DNA of 32,000 nucleotides, from positions 131,035 through 163,034 of IMG/VR virus record IMGVR_UViG_3300049489_000707; one strand, 5' to 3'. This DNA comes from a virus. A program made the position numbers and the translations under genes. The notes beneath the pieces were generated by a model that did no database searches, had not been told where the DNA came from, and worked only from the letters and a program-made list of their open reading frames with translations. Shown here in pieces: positions 1 through 7,575 of the stretch (its first letter is position 1; the number at the start of each line of letters is the position of its first letter).

Positions 1-1250
1 GCGGCGTAGAGCACCGGAGCGCCACCTGCGCCGAGGTAGTAGGGCACGTTCGCCGTTGCACCCGACAGGGCGCCTGCGACCACACCCATGGTCACAACCT
101 CAACCGGGTTCGGGGAGGTCACAGTCTCGCGTGCCACACCGATGATGCGGGCCTGGGCGTCCACAGAGGGTGCGCCAGGAGCCACAGTGTTGTTGCCCGA
201 GATGTACACGCCATCGCCGAGGTCGGTGTTGGCCGAGGTGGTCCAGATCTGCACGCTGTTGCTGTGGAAGTGCAGTGCCGAGGCGTCGCTGTCTGCACCA
301 GCGGTCAACGTGTTCAGGTTGGCTGCCGAGACATTGGCAGTGGTGGCCACATCGTTCACCAAGAACGCCGAGGGAAGCCCAACGACCTTAAGGCCGTCAG
401 CGTCCACATCGAGAGTGTTCGGGGTGTCGTCGATTTCCAGAGCGAGACCGGCCGCGAGGCGCTGAATGCCGCCTGCAGGATCGACCTTCGCGCGGAGCTG
501 ACCAGCGTCGCCCGAGGTGTCGAACTCAAGGCCCGAAGAGCCGCCGCCGTTGCCAGCGCCCTGGGCGTCAGCGTCGGTGTCCAGCTCAACGTGCAGAGTG
601 TTGCCGCTCTTCACGATACCGGAGCCGGCCACGATTGCGCCAGTACCAGTGAACTGAGTGAACACGAGGTTGGTCGTATCAACAGTGATGGGGTCGTTGG
701 TGGTGAGCACCCAGCCAGTATCGCTGTTCGCGGTACCTTCTGCGATGAACACTGCCACGCCAGCAGTGACTTCGGCGTTCTCGTCGCAGTCAGTCGCGCG
801 GGTCAGCACGAAGGGAGAGCCGCCGGAGCCGAGGTCGGTGACCACGTAGATGCCGTTGTCGTCCTGGGCTGCCTGGTCCTTGACAAGGACTCGGTTGCCG
901 TTGGCGACAGCCACGCCGTCGACAGTCAGTGCGCCGTTGGCGTCTGCGGTCAGGGTCTTGCCGATGCCGGTGCCGGCTGCGGTCACAGCTGGGAGAGCTG
1001 CGGCAGTAGCGAGGCGCACCGACTGCTTCCAGTCGAGACCTGCTGCGTACGCCTGAACATAGTCCCGGTTGACGGCGTCAGTGCCGGCAGTGGGAGCCGC
1101 GACGCCAACAATCCGCTGCGAGCTTGCGTCGAATGCAACGCCAGAAACGCCTACTGCGGTAACCTTACCGAGCGACAGCTCGTCAGTTGCCGCCTGCTCC
1201 TCGGTGTAGCCCTCGGTGGCGTTGAGAAAAGTGAACTTACGAAGTGCCAT
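1..1250 (-). CDS. Tail-fibre-like structural protein, C-terminal part cut by window edge
   Basis: Own minus-strand translation from ATG 1248-1250: MALRKFTFLNATEGYTEEQAATDELSLGKVTAVGVSG...NRDYVQAYAAGLDWKQSVRLATAAALPAV...NGNRVLVKDQAAQDDNGIYVVTDLG...DTGWVLTTNDPITV. It stays open to position 3, and is absent from the ORF track because no stop lies in the window. The G/A/T/V-rich sequence and the WK..VR.AT...G.RVLVK.Q...NGIY pattern recall phage tail fibres (from memory). GGAG lies about 10 nt upstream of the ATG. Confidence 0.6.
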   Translation of the reverse strand, partial: MALRKFTFLNATEGYTEEQAATDELSLGKVTAVGVSGVAFDASSQRIVGVAAPTAGTDAVNRDYVQAYAAGLDWKQSVRLATAAALPAVTAAGTGIGKTLTADANGALTVDGVAVANGNRVLVKDQAAQDDNGIYVVTDLGSGGSPFVLTRATDCDENAEVTAGVAVFIAEGTANSDTGWVLTTNDPITVDTTNLVFTQFTGTGAIVAGSGIVKSGNTLHVELDTDADAQGAGNGGGSSGLEFDTSGDAGQLRAKVDPAGGIQRLAAGLALEIDDTPNTLDVDADGLKVVGLPSAFLVNDVATTANVSAANLNTLTAGADSDASALHFHSNSVQIWTTSANTDLGDGVYISGNNTVAPGAPSVDAQARIIGVARETVTSPNPVEVVTMGVVAGALSGATANVPYYLGAGGAPVLYA

Positions 1251-1301
1251 GGGCTAGTCTCCAGGAAAAGAAAGGATGAAGTTGAGAACTTTCTACCCTG
1301 A

Positions 1302-1307
1302 AGATTA
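1302..1307 (-). promoter_or_regulatory. AATCTT-family motif (TAATCT, -10-like), 51 nt upstream of ATG 1250
   Basis: Minus-sense GGGCTCCTAATCTTCAGGG in the intergenic gap. Leader length is the same as at site 2204, and the leader also ends CCTGGAG-N-ATG. Confidence 0.4.
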
Positions 1308-1328
1308 GGAGCCCATGGGACCGAAAAA

Positions 1329-1748
1329 TCAGTCCAGTTTGGTCAGTTGGCCATTCTGGTCGTCGTAGGCGTACTCTTTGAGGAGAATCTTGAGGCGCTC
1401 CTCGATATCCTTGACAACCTTGGCGTATTCAGCCTTGGCTACCGCTGCCTCGTCGGTACGACCACGAATCAGCGCCATCATCTGCTGAAGCTTGCCCTCG
1501 GGGTCGACCTGCTTCAGGAACTGATCTCTCTTGATCATCTCCAGTCTCTGTTCAGCCTCAAAGGCTCGGGCCTGGAACTGGCTCAGCTGGAGGCGGTGCA
1601 GCTCGTCCTTGGTGAGGGCGAGAGGTGCTGGCTCCTGGGGCTCAAGCGCCTGTTTCTCCAGCTCTTTCTCGAAATCGGTGCGGAGGTCGACGACTTCGCC
1701 GACGATTGGATCTGCGGGATTGAACTTCTTCTTGATCTTTCGTGCCAT
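1329..1748 (-). CDS. Hypothetical coiled-coil protein (139 aa)
   Basis: ORF track. ATG start; K/E/Q-rich heptad-like sequence; start overlaps the stop of the upstream gene at 1748. Confidence 0.7.
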   Translation of the reverse strand: MARKIKKKFNPADPIVGEVVDLRTDFEKELEKQALEPQEPAPLALTKDELHRLQLSQFQARAFEAEQRLEMIKRDQFLKQVDPEGKLQQMMALIRGRTDEAAVAKAEYAKVVKDIEERLKILLKEYAYDDQNGQLTKLD

Positions 1749-2152
1749 TATCCTACCCTGGTTTTGAGGTCTTTCTCGAACTCCAACTTGATTCTAGCAG
1801 AATCGACAGCTACTCCGATGCTTTGCCAGTACTTGCGCTGTCCGCTGGTCACGGTTGGAGGCGTGATGGTGGGAACCCCCGAGTCCGACACCCAATAGTT
1901 GCGTCCTGGAGTCAAACCACTGTAAAGACTGGTCTCCCCCTGAAACTGGATGACCGCCCTGGTGGCGCTGATTTTGAAAACCACAACAGCCACGGCAGGC
2001 ATCTTGCTGAAGTCGGTGACGTCCGCCTTCCTGACCGTGTAGTCTGCTCCAACCTTGGCCCCGCTGATGTACACGAGGTCGCCAACAGCCTCACCAGCGG
2101 TGCAACCTGCGGTGGCTATGGTGCCTTCAGACCTGGGTCTGGTGACGATCAT
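1748..2152 (-). CDS. Hypothetical structural-type protein (134 aa)
   Basis: ORF track. ATG with CCTGGAG 7 nt upstream. The beta-rich sequence (GDLVYISGAKVG...PAVAVVVFKI...GLTPGRNYWVSDSG) resembles the last ~70 residues visible in-window of the fibre-like protein at 1..1250. Confidence 0.65.
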   Translation of the reverse strand: MIVTRPRSEGTIATAGCTAGEAVGDLVYISGAKVGADYTVRKADVTDFSKMPAVAVVVFKISATRAVIQFQGETSLYSGLTPGRNYWVSDSGVPTITPPTVTSGQRKYWQSIGVAVDSARIKLEFEKDLKTRVG

Positions 2153-2172
2153 CTATGACTCCAGGGGTTTGG

Positions 2173-2181
2173 TGGTACAAT
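2173..2181 (+). promoter_or_regulatory. Extended -10-like element TGgTACAAT upstream of gene 2225
   Basis: TGGTACAAT read directly in the divergent intergenic region 2153-2224. No clear -35. Confidence 0.3.
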
Positions 2182-2203
2182 CATCTGAGCAGCCCCAGTC
2201 AGA

Positions 2204-2209
2204 AGATTA
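2204..2209 (-). promoter_or_regulatory. AATCTT-family motif (TAATCT), 51 nt upstream of ATG 2152
   Basis: Minus-sense CCTGTGGTAATCTTCTGACTG in an intergenic gap. Confidence 0.4.
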
Positions 2210-2224
2210 CCACAGGCTTACCCA

Positions 2225-2527
2225 ATGAATGAAACCGCACGCAATGCGAACCGAATCATCCTGAAGTTCGTCACCGACAAAGACGCCAAGCTCCGCTATG
2301 GTGCCAGACTTCGAGCGATGATGCAAGAGGCGATCAGCCGGGGTGAGGAACCCAAAGGCTACCGCGTGGACTGGATTCTCAAGACGGTCACTGAGATGTT
2401 TGCGTGGCTGGCAACAAAAGCTGCTGAGTTCAACGCAGCGCATCCACAGGACGCTATCAGCGCAGACGACTTCTCGGACGTTCTCTCTACCGCTCAGATG
2501 CGAATCAAAAACCGCCGACAACGCTGA
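2225..2527 (+). CDS. Hypothetical protein (100 aa)
   Basis: ORF track. ATG start; balanced helical composition. 3' end overlaps the convergent gene 2505..3293 by 23 nt. Confidence 0.55.
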   Translation: MNETARNANRIILKFVTDKDAKLRYGARLRAMMQEAISRGEEPKGYRVDWILKTVTEMFAWLATKAAEFNAAHPQDAISADDFSDVLSTAQMRIKNRRQR

Positions 2528-3293
2528 TGAGAATCTGGTCCCTGATGCGAGTCTCGAACTCCTTGAGGGCCCAGTCGGCCGCCTCGTCCAAGAACTTCTT
2601 CGCCTCCAAGCCCGGGTGAACCCAGCGCCCCTGCCCCTTCATCTTTGATGACGCGATGCGAAAAGTCATGATGGACTTCTTCACTGACTCTTTGCCCTTG
2701 GCGTCCTTCACGTTGCTCTGGTAGACTCGTACCCCCTGAAGATGTGGGATGCCTGTCGCCCCTTGCTTGACTGCGCCGATCGGCCCGTGGCCAGACCCAG
2801 CGCCTGGTGCGGTCTTCACAGGCTGCTTCATGATGTCGAAGGAGTGCAGGAGCCCCGTCTTGGGCTTGCCATCGGCCCCCATCTCCAGCTTCCCGTAAGG
2901 AATCTTCCTCTTCTTCATCTCCGACTTGATGGTGTTGGTCAGAGTGTTCTGCGCTGGGGTTTGCTGGGTAGCGCCTTTCTTGTGTTCGAAGGGCACCACG
3001 ATGTAGCGGGAGCCGTCCTTCGCAGTCTTGGCCTTGGGGGATTTGAGGAGGCCGTCGAGCATGTCCATGTTGGGCTTGATGCCCTCCTCAATGAACATGG
3101 CGTCCTTGCCCAGCTCAATGACCCACGTGTCAGCATCGACCTGCTTGAAGCTCAGGGCGTTGATGTATTTCTCGCGGGTGCTGTGGAGCTTGGCCTGAAC
3201 CTCTTCGAGGATGTGCGCGTGGGTCTGGGCAGTCAGGTCCCTGGCCGCGTCGCTCATGGCCTTGTGGACTGACTTGTCGAAGCCCTTGACCAT
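2505..3293 (-). CDS. Hypothetical virion-associated protein (262 aa)
   Basis: ORF 2505..3389 trimmed to internal ATG (MVKGFDKSV...) because the longer start would overlap the HNH gene. No confident family assignment. Confidence 0.6.
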   Translation of the reverse strand: MVKGFDKSVHKAMSDAARDLTAQTHAHILEEVQAKLHSTREKYINALSFKQVDADTWVIELGKDAMFIEEGIKPNMDMLDGLLKSPKAKTAKDGSRYIVVPFEHKKGATQQTPAQNTLTNTIKSEMKKRKIPYGKLEMGADGKPKTGLLHSFDIMKQPVKTAPGAGSGHGPIGAVKQGATGIPHLQGVRVYQSNVKDAKGKESVKKSIMTFRIASSKMKGQGRWVHPGLEAKKFLDEAADWALKEFETRIRDQILISVVGGF

Positions 3294-3313
3294 CGCGATG
3301 ATGGGTCCCAAAT

Positions 3314-3814
3314 CTAGGTTGAAATAGATGATGACAGCCTCCGTTGAGCCGTTCTGACTCGATGGCAATTTGAGCAGACAAGCTCGCACTTCTTCAGCTC
3401 TTCCAGGAGCACTTCCATTCTGTAGCCGCGATCAACAAGTACGCAGATGCCGGCACGCTTTGTTCCTCGAACATGATCGAAGTCCATGGCCACTGCAGGG
3501 AACCTCCCGTGACAGTCGGTACAGGCCCCCGCTTTGAGTCCGTCCACAAAACGACGTTTCATGGCTTTCAACTCAGATAGGCGGGCCTTGATTAGCTCTC
3601 GCTTTTCCTTACGGTACTGAGCAGCCAACTTCAGACGCTCTTGTCGAGAACCAAGATAAGTCTTACGGCTGATCTCTTTGGATCTTTCTGGATTCTTTTG
3701 AACCCACTCATCGTGCTTTGCAGTAGAACAGGCCCGACAGTAGGAGTAGCCAGACGGCCTCGATGGCGTGGCTGGTAGGGCGGGCTCTTTCTGGCATTTT
3801 ACGCAAATCTTCAT
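3314..3814 (-). CDS. HNH endonuclease
   Basis: ORF 3314..3910 trimmed to MKICVKCQKE. N-terminal CxxC...CxxC; C-terminal FDHVRGTK...ELKKCELVCSNCHRVRT is the classic HNH/His-Me finger pattern. Confidence 0.8.
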   Translation of the reverse strand: MKICVKCQKEPALPATPSRPSGYSYCRACSTAKHDEWVQKNPERSKEISRKTYLGSRQERLKLAAQYRKEKRELIKARLSELKAMKRRFVDGLKAGACTDCHGRFPAVAMDFDHVRGTKRAGICVLVDRGYRMEVLLEELKKCELVCSNCHRVRTAQRRLSSSIST

Positions 3815-3821
3815 GCCAGTA

Positions 3822-3827
3822 AGATTA
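3822..3827 (-). promoter_or_regulatory. TAATCT -10-like hexamer 7 nt upstream of HNH ATG (leaderless geometry)
   Basis: Minus-sense TGATCTGTCTTAATCTTACTGGCATG. Shares a 16-nt identical run with the tRNA-operon promoter at 26578. Confidence 0.45.
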
Positions 3828-3834
3828 AGACAGA

Positions 3835-5238
3835 TCAGCCCCCAGGGTTGCGGCTCGAAGTCGGAGTCCCATCGGGGGCCATGACGATACCGGCCCTGAC
3901 CTGGCGCCACTTCGTCTTGCCCGTTGCTGGGTCCTGAACCTTCAGCTCGCCACCTTCGTGGGCTGCACTGGGGCCTGGGTCAACCTGGGAGCCAACTGGG
4001 AGGGTCACCTGGTGACGACCGGTCTTACCGGCTTCGAGGGCCGCCTTGTCCATCTTGCTGTAGTAGCTCGGGTCTTCGGTGAGATGGTCCTTGGCGACCT
4101 CTTTAGCTCGGGCTTCATCAAGGCCGTGCTCTTCCATCTCCACCCTCATCCCCTCAGCCAGCTGCTCGGGGTCGAAAGAAGAGTCGGAGGCGTCGTCCCC
4201 CTTGCCACCCGGCATCAAGTCCTTGCGCAGAATCTTGTTGGCCCAGTGGTCCTTGTGGTCGTGGCAATAATCTCCGGTGATGGTGCGCTGGCAACGACGC
4301 TCGCCGAGCTTCCATTTACACCGCCCCACCTTGCCCTCCGCCTTCTGGACTTCCTCTTCTTGCTGAGGCTGTCCACCATCTCCCATGGCGCTTCGAGCCA
4401 TGGCAATCATCGCCTGGACAACGCCAACCACCGACTGGTACATCTCGGGGTTGCTCTGTTTCATCTGCTCAAGCGCTGGCGCATTGGCTCGGACATTCTG
4501 GAGCACCTTCACGACCTGCTCGCGCACGCCATCGACCACACCAGAGGGCTTGCCCGCCGGTTGCTGCTGGTCCTTCTGGGCTGCTGCCAGCTGATGGAAG
4601 AGCTGCTCGAAGTCGGCCGCCGTGGGCTTGGGAGCTTCAGCTGGGGCTGGAGCATTGGCGATCTGGCTGTTGAGGGCCTCGTTCTCGCTGTGCTCGCTTC
4701 CTTCAGTCGGTGCGGCTGGGGCGGCTGGAGTGCTACGACTGGCCCCCGCGAAGCCTGCGTTGGAGCCAGCGTTCATGGCGGGCGCCGCCTTCTGCAGGCC
4801 GCTGTCGGGATTCAGGTACTCATCCTGCAGCTTCTCGCTCTCGGTCTTCTCTTTGGCCTCGGCCAGAATCTCGTCGACCTCTTCGGTGTACAGCTGGATG
4901 CGGTCGCCACCCTGGAGCTTCGCTGCCATCAGACTGCGGTCGGCTTCGGAGAGCTTGGTCCCGACACCCACGCTGCAGGTGCTACCCACGGCCCCCTCGT
5001 ACTGCTCGCGGATGCCGGGCAACTCACTGAGGTAGTCGGCCTCAATCTCAAGACGACCCTCGTCGCCACCCACCCCCACGACTTTGCCACCGTGAGACTC
5101 TGCCCAGCTGGCCCAGATACGGTTGCCTCGGTCGATAGCCTGGCCAAGCCTTGCTACTTCCTCAGGATTGTCCGCAAGACTGGCCCTGCCGACCATGCGG
5201 CCAATGTGGTCACCATCGAAAGAGACGAAGAGCTTCAT
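3835..5238 (-). CDS. Putative virion protein with N-terminal mCpol/GGDEF-like palm domain, low-complexity linker, Cys/His cluster and conserved C-terminal module (467 aa)
   Basis: ORF 3835..5478 trimmed to MKLFVSFDGDHIGR, because the divergent plus gene starts at 5291. FDGDHIG ... VGVGGDEGRL ... STCSVGVG ... AAKLQGGDRI matches the Cas10-palm/GGDEF layout. C-terminal EMEEHGLD..AKEVAKDHLTEDPSYYSKM recalls a phage virion-protein motif (from memory). Confidence 0.7.
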   Translation of the reverse strand: MKLFVSFDGDHIGRMVGRASLADNPEEVARLGQAIDRGNRIWASWAESHGGKVVGVGGDEGRLEIEADYLSELPGIREQYEGAVGSTCSVGVGTKLSEADRSLMAAKLQGGDRIQLYTEEVDEILAEAKEKTESEKLQDEYLNPDSGLQKAAPAMNAGSNAGFAGASRSTPAAPAAPTEGSEHSENEALNSQIANAPAPAEAPKPTAADFEQLFHQLAAAQKDQQQPAGKPSGVVDGVREQVVKVLQNVRANAPALEQMKQSNPEMYQSVVGVVQAMIAMARSAMGDGGQPQQEEEVQKAEGKVGRCKWKLGERRCQRTITGDYCHDHKDHWANKILRKDLMPGGKGDDASDSSFDPEQLAEGMRVEMEEHGLDEARAKEVAKDHLTEDPSYYSKMDKAALEAGKTGRHQVTLPVGSQVDPGPSAAHEGGELKVQDPATGKTKWRQVRAGIVMAPDGTPTSSRNPGG

Positions 5239-5245
5239 GGTGAGA

Positions 5246-5251
5246 AGATTA
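5246..5251 (-). promoter_or_regulatory. TAATCT -10-like hexamer 7 nt upstream of ATG 5238 (leaderless geometry)
   Basis: Minus-sense GTCAACGGTAATCTTCTCACCATG. Confidence 0.45.
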
Positions 5252-5254
5252 CCG

Positions 5255-5284
5255 TTGACAGGCGCTGTCGAGAACAGATATGGT
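5255..5284 (+). promoter_or_regulatory. Sigma70-type promoter TTGACA-18-TATGGT, 6 nt before ATG 5291
   Basis: TTGACA 5255-5260, TATGGT 5279-5284, ATG 5291. No room for a Shine-Dalgarno sequence. Confidence 0.6.
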
Positions 5285-5290
5285 TGGGAC

Positions 5291-5554
5291 ATGAAGACGG
5301 AACAACTACTTACCCTGATTGCCATCGCCAACAACGCCACCCTGGCGGACATCCTGGAGGCCTGCGATGAGGCCAAGCGCCAAGGCCCATGGACGCCGGC
5401 CTCAGGTGGCACTGAGCAGATCTTCCGGGCTCGCACCGGCAAGCGGCTCCTGTACTGCTGGCAACAGACCACGGGCAAGCATGCCTACCTCGACGTGGAC
5501 TCTGATATCATCCTCAGCGACGAAGAGGCCCGGATGCACCTGAACATGTACTGA
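5291..5554 (+). CDS. Hypothetical protein (87 aa)
   Basis: Internal ATG of ORF 5123..5554 (MKTEQLLTLIAIANN...). First gene of the plus-strand block. Confidence 0.6.
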   Translation: MKTEQLLTLIAIANNATLADILEACDEAKRQGPWTPASGGTEQIFRARTGKRLLYCWQQTTGKHAYLDVDSDIILSDEEARMHLNMY

Positions 5555-5561
5555 GGGCGTC

Positions 5562-5948
5562 ATGAGCAAGAAAAAGCCATTCATGGGGAGGGACTACCTC
5601 TTGCTCAAAATCATCGGCGGTGCTACAAAGGCTGGGGTAGAGCCCGACCGCAAGAAGGAAGCCAACAAGACCGCAGCGAGAGGAAACAAGATGAACAGAG
5701 CAGACCGACAGAAGCCGCAAGAGAACGGCATGATGGTGGCGGAGTTGAAGCACCTGCGTGCCCAGGTGAAGGCGAAGGACGAGAAAATCGCCAAGCTGAC
5801 CGAGGAGGTCCAGGAGCTTCGCGCTCAGGTGAACCTGACAGCCATGCTCGACCCCACCACCGAAGAGAACAAAGCGCTGGCGGAAGAGGCCAGGAAGTGG
5901 GCCGTGAAGTCGGGGCTAATCAGCACGACGGAAGAAGCCAAGAAGTGA
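5562..5948 (+). CDS. Hypothetical coiled-coil protein (128 aa)
   Basis: ORF track. ATG start; basic N-terminus followed by heptad-like AELKHLRAQVKAKDEKIAKLTEEVQELRAQV. Confidence 0.65.
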   Translation: MSKKKPFMGRDYLLLKIIGGATKAGVEPDRKKEANKTAARGNKMNRADRQKPQENGMMVAELKHLRAQVKAKDEKIAKLTEEVQELRAQVNLTAMLDPTTEENKALAEEARKWAVKSGLISTTEEAKK

Positions 5949-6169
5949 GCCTCCAGTTTACCCGAGCCGAGTTCGTCGAGTGCCCTACATGTAGGGCCAA
6001 GCCTGGCTCGCCGGCCCTGTGTCGCGAGTGTCTGGAACGGCGAGAGCTGCATGGGGTACTTCACAGGCTCCAGAGCTGGTTCCCGAACCAGGCCATGCAC
6101 CCCTACATCAAAATCTGCACCCACTGTAACGGAACCCCCAACCCATCTTGCCCGGAGCACGGGCGCTGA
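5945..6169 (+). CDS. Small Cys-rich (zinc-ribbon-like) protein (~74 aa)
   Basis: Frame of ORF 5897..6169. GTG at 5945 overlaps the previous stop (GTGA). CPTC...CRECL...CTHCNGTPNPSCPEH. Start is uncertain (5897 GTG is the alternative). Confidence 0.45.
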   Translation: MSLQFTRAEFVECPTCRAKPGSPALCRECLERRELHGVLHRLQSWFPNQAMHPYIKICTHCNGTPNPSCPEHGR

Positions 6170-6177
6170 GGTAGAAT
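6148..6177 (+). promoter_or_regulatory. Promoter-like TTGCCC-18-TAGAAT, 7 nt before ATG 6185
   Basis: TTGCCC 6148-6153, TAGAAT 6172-6177, ATG 6185. Lies in the 3' end of the preceding small gene. Confidence 0.45.
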
Positions 6178-6184
6178 CAAGCAC

Positions 6185-6973
6185 ATGACACCAATCATCA
6201 TCATCGGCGGCGGAGCAGGAAGCGGCAAAGACACGGTAGCGGAGATGCTCTGCCGGGGACGCAATGGGGTGATGATCGCCCAGGCCGACCCTATGAAGCA
6301 GTTCGCCCAGCAGGTGGCAGGCTTCACCACAGACCAGCTGTGGGGACCTTCCTCCAGCCGCAACGCTGAAGACCCGCGCTTCAGGCCCGGCATGGAGGGG
6401 GAAGTGAACTGGGAGCTGATGGCCGGGCAAGTGCTCTTCAGCGACCTCGCACCCAGCTGGCTGAACTTCATCGGAGCACACGACGCCTTCCCGGTACTCA
6501 AGAGCTGGTTCGACAAGCTCCGTGCCGACTTCAAGGACCGCACCCTGACCCCACGAGCGTTCCTTCAGACCCTTGGCACCGAGTTCGGTCGTACCGTCTC
6601 CCGTGACGTCTGGAGCAACCTGGCCATCAGCCAGGCCCGAGAGCTTCTCGTGGGTGGCGCCAGCTACGACCGCGAGAGAGGACTTCAGAAGTCAGACAAC
6701 CCTGGTCACAACTTCGTGGTCATCACCGATGGCCGGTTCCGCAACGAAATCCTCAATGTGACCTCGATGGGTGGCAGAGCCCTGAAAGTAGTCAACCCGG
6801 TCGACGAAGGTGCGGCGGTCGAGAGCGCCGGCATCAAGGGTCACGCCTCAGAGGCCGAGCTGAAGGGCATCCCTGACGGCTGGTACACGGATCGGCTCAT
6901 CAACGACAAGCGCCAGGGTCTTGTGGTGCTGGCGGCCAACGTGGAGGCATACGCCCGAGGCTGGGGGCTGTAA
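6185..6973 (+). CDS. Deoxynucleoside monophosphate kinase-like P-loop kinase
   Basis: P-loop IIGGGAGSGKDT and the ITDGRFRNE motif (D-x-RF-x-NE) are typical of phage dNMP kinases (from memory). Confidence 0.65.
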   Translation: MTPIIIIGGGAGSGKDTVAEMLCRGRNGVMIAQADPMKQFAQQVAGFTTDQLWGPSSSRNAEDPRFRPGMEGEVNWELMAGQVLFSDLAPSWLNFIGAHDAFPVLKSWFDKLRADFKDRTLTPRAFLQTLGTEFGRTVSRDVWSNLAISQARELLVGGASYDRERGLQKSDNPGHNFVVITDGRFRNEILNVTSMGGRALKVVNPVDEGAAVESAGIKGHASEAELKGIPDGWYTDRLINDKRQGLVVLAANVEAYARGWGL

Positions 6974-7575
6974 TGAAGAAGCTCCGCATCCTCATCGACA
7001 TCGACGGCATCGTGGCAGACACCATGCCGCACTGGCTCCAGTATCTCGGGGACCAGACGGGCGTGTACGCCAAGATGGAAGACATCACGATGTACGACCT
7101 CTCAAGGTGCCCTCCTCTGACCGAGATTGGCCCGGGGGTCGTCTTCGGAGTGCTCCAGGACGTAGGCTTCACGATGGGGATTCCCATGATGGAGGGGGCC
7201 GCCAACGTCCTCAAGAACCTCATGGACGACGGCCACGAGGTCTACCTGGTCACCGCCCGCAGTGGTGCTCAGCACATCGCCGAGACCTACGAGTGGGTCA
7301 AGGCAACGATGCCGTTCATCGACACCAGAAGGCAGCTCATCTTCTGCTACGAGAAGCATCTCATCGCGTGTGACGTCATCATCGACGACCAAGCGGCTAC
7401 GCTTCAGAAGTACAAGACCACGCACCCGAAAGCGTTGGCCTTGGGCATCAGGTACCTCTACAACGACCACCTGGATTGCTGTTCCAACCCTGTGGACGTG
7501 ACGCTGGTCGAGTACGGCGACACCGCCTGGGCCACCCTTTACCAGCAAATCATGCTGCACGCGGAAGAGCCATGA
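6973..7575 (+). CDS. 5'(3')-deoxyribonucleotidase (HAD superfamily, NT5C-like)
   Basis: ILIDIDGIVAD (DxDG nucleophile motif), LVTAR, VIIDDQ. TAATG overlap with the upstream gene. Confidence 0.7.
   Translation: MKKLRILIDIDGIVADTMPHWLQYLGDQTGVYAKMEDITMYDLSRCPPLTEIGPGVVFGVLQDVGFTMGIPMMEGAANVLKNLMDDGHEVYLVTARSGAQHIAETYEWVKATMPFIDTRRQLIFCYEKHLIACDVIIDDQAATLQKYKTTHPKALALGIRYLYNDHLDCCSNPVDVTLVEYGDTAWATLYQQIMLHAEEP

Noticed and set aside
264-1301. 345-aa plus-strand ORF (also 88..465, 658..849, 850..1056) over the first 1.3 kb
   Set aside because: It is antisense to a far more protein-like minus-strand frame (the tail-fibre-like protein). Its translation is Arg/Gly/Cys/Val-rich nonsense, typical of shadow ORFs in GC-rich DNA.
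1311-1318. CCCATGGG palindrome near an A-run as a possible terminator after gene 1329..1748
   Set aside because: The 4-bp arms have no loop, so this is not a stable hairpin. No convincing terminator was found there.
3958-5370. 470-aa plus-strand ORF opposite the mCpol-like gene
   Set aside because: Leu/Gly/Arg/Val-rich low-information sequence with no motifs. The minus frame carries clear domain signatures and fits the operon.
5239-5478. N-terminal extensions offered by the ORF track (3835..5478; likewise 10980..11129, 3815..3910, 24792..24959, 21660..21860)
   Set aside because: The extensions overlap neighbouring genes, tRNAs or divergent promoters, and translate to Arg/Pro-rich junk. Internal ATG or GTG codons with SD or promoter context were used instead.
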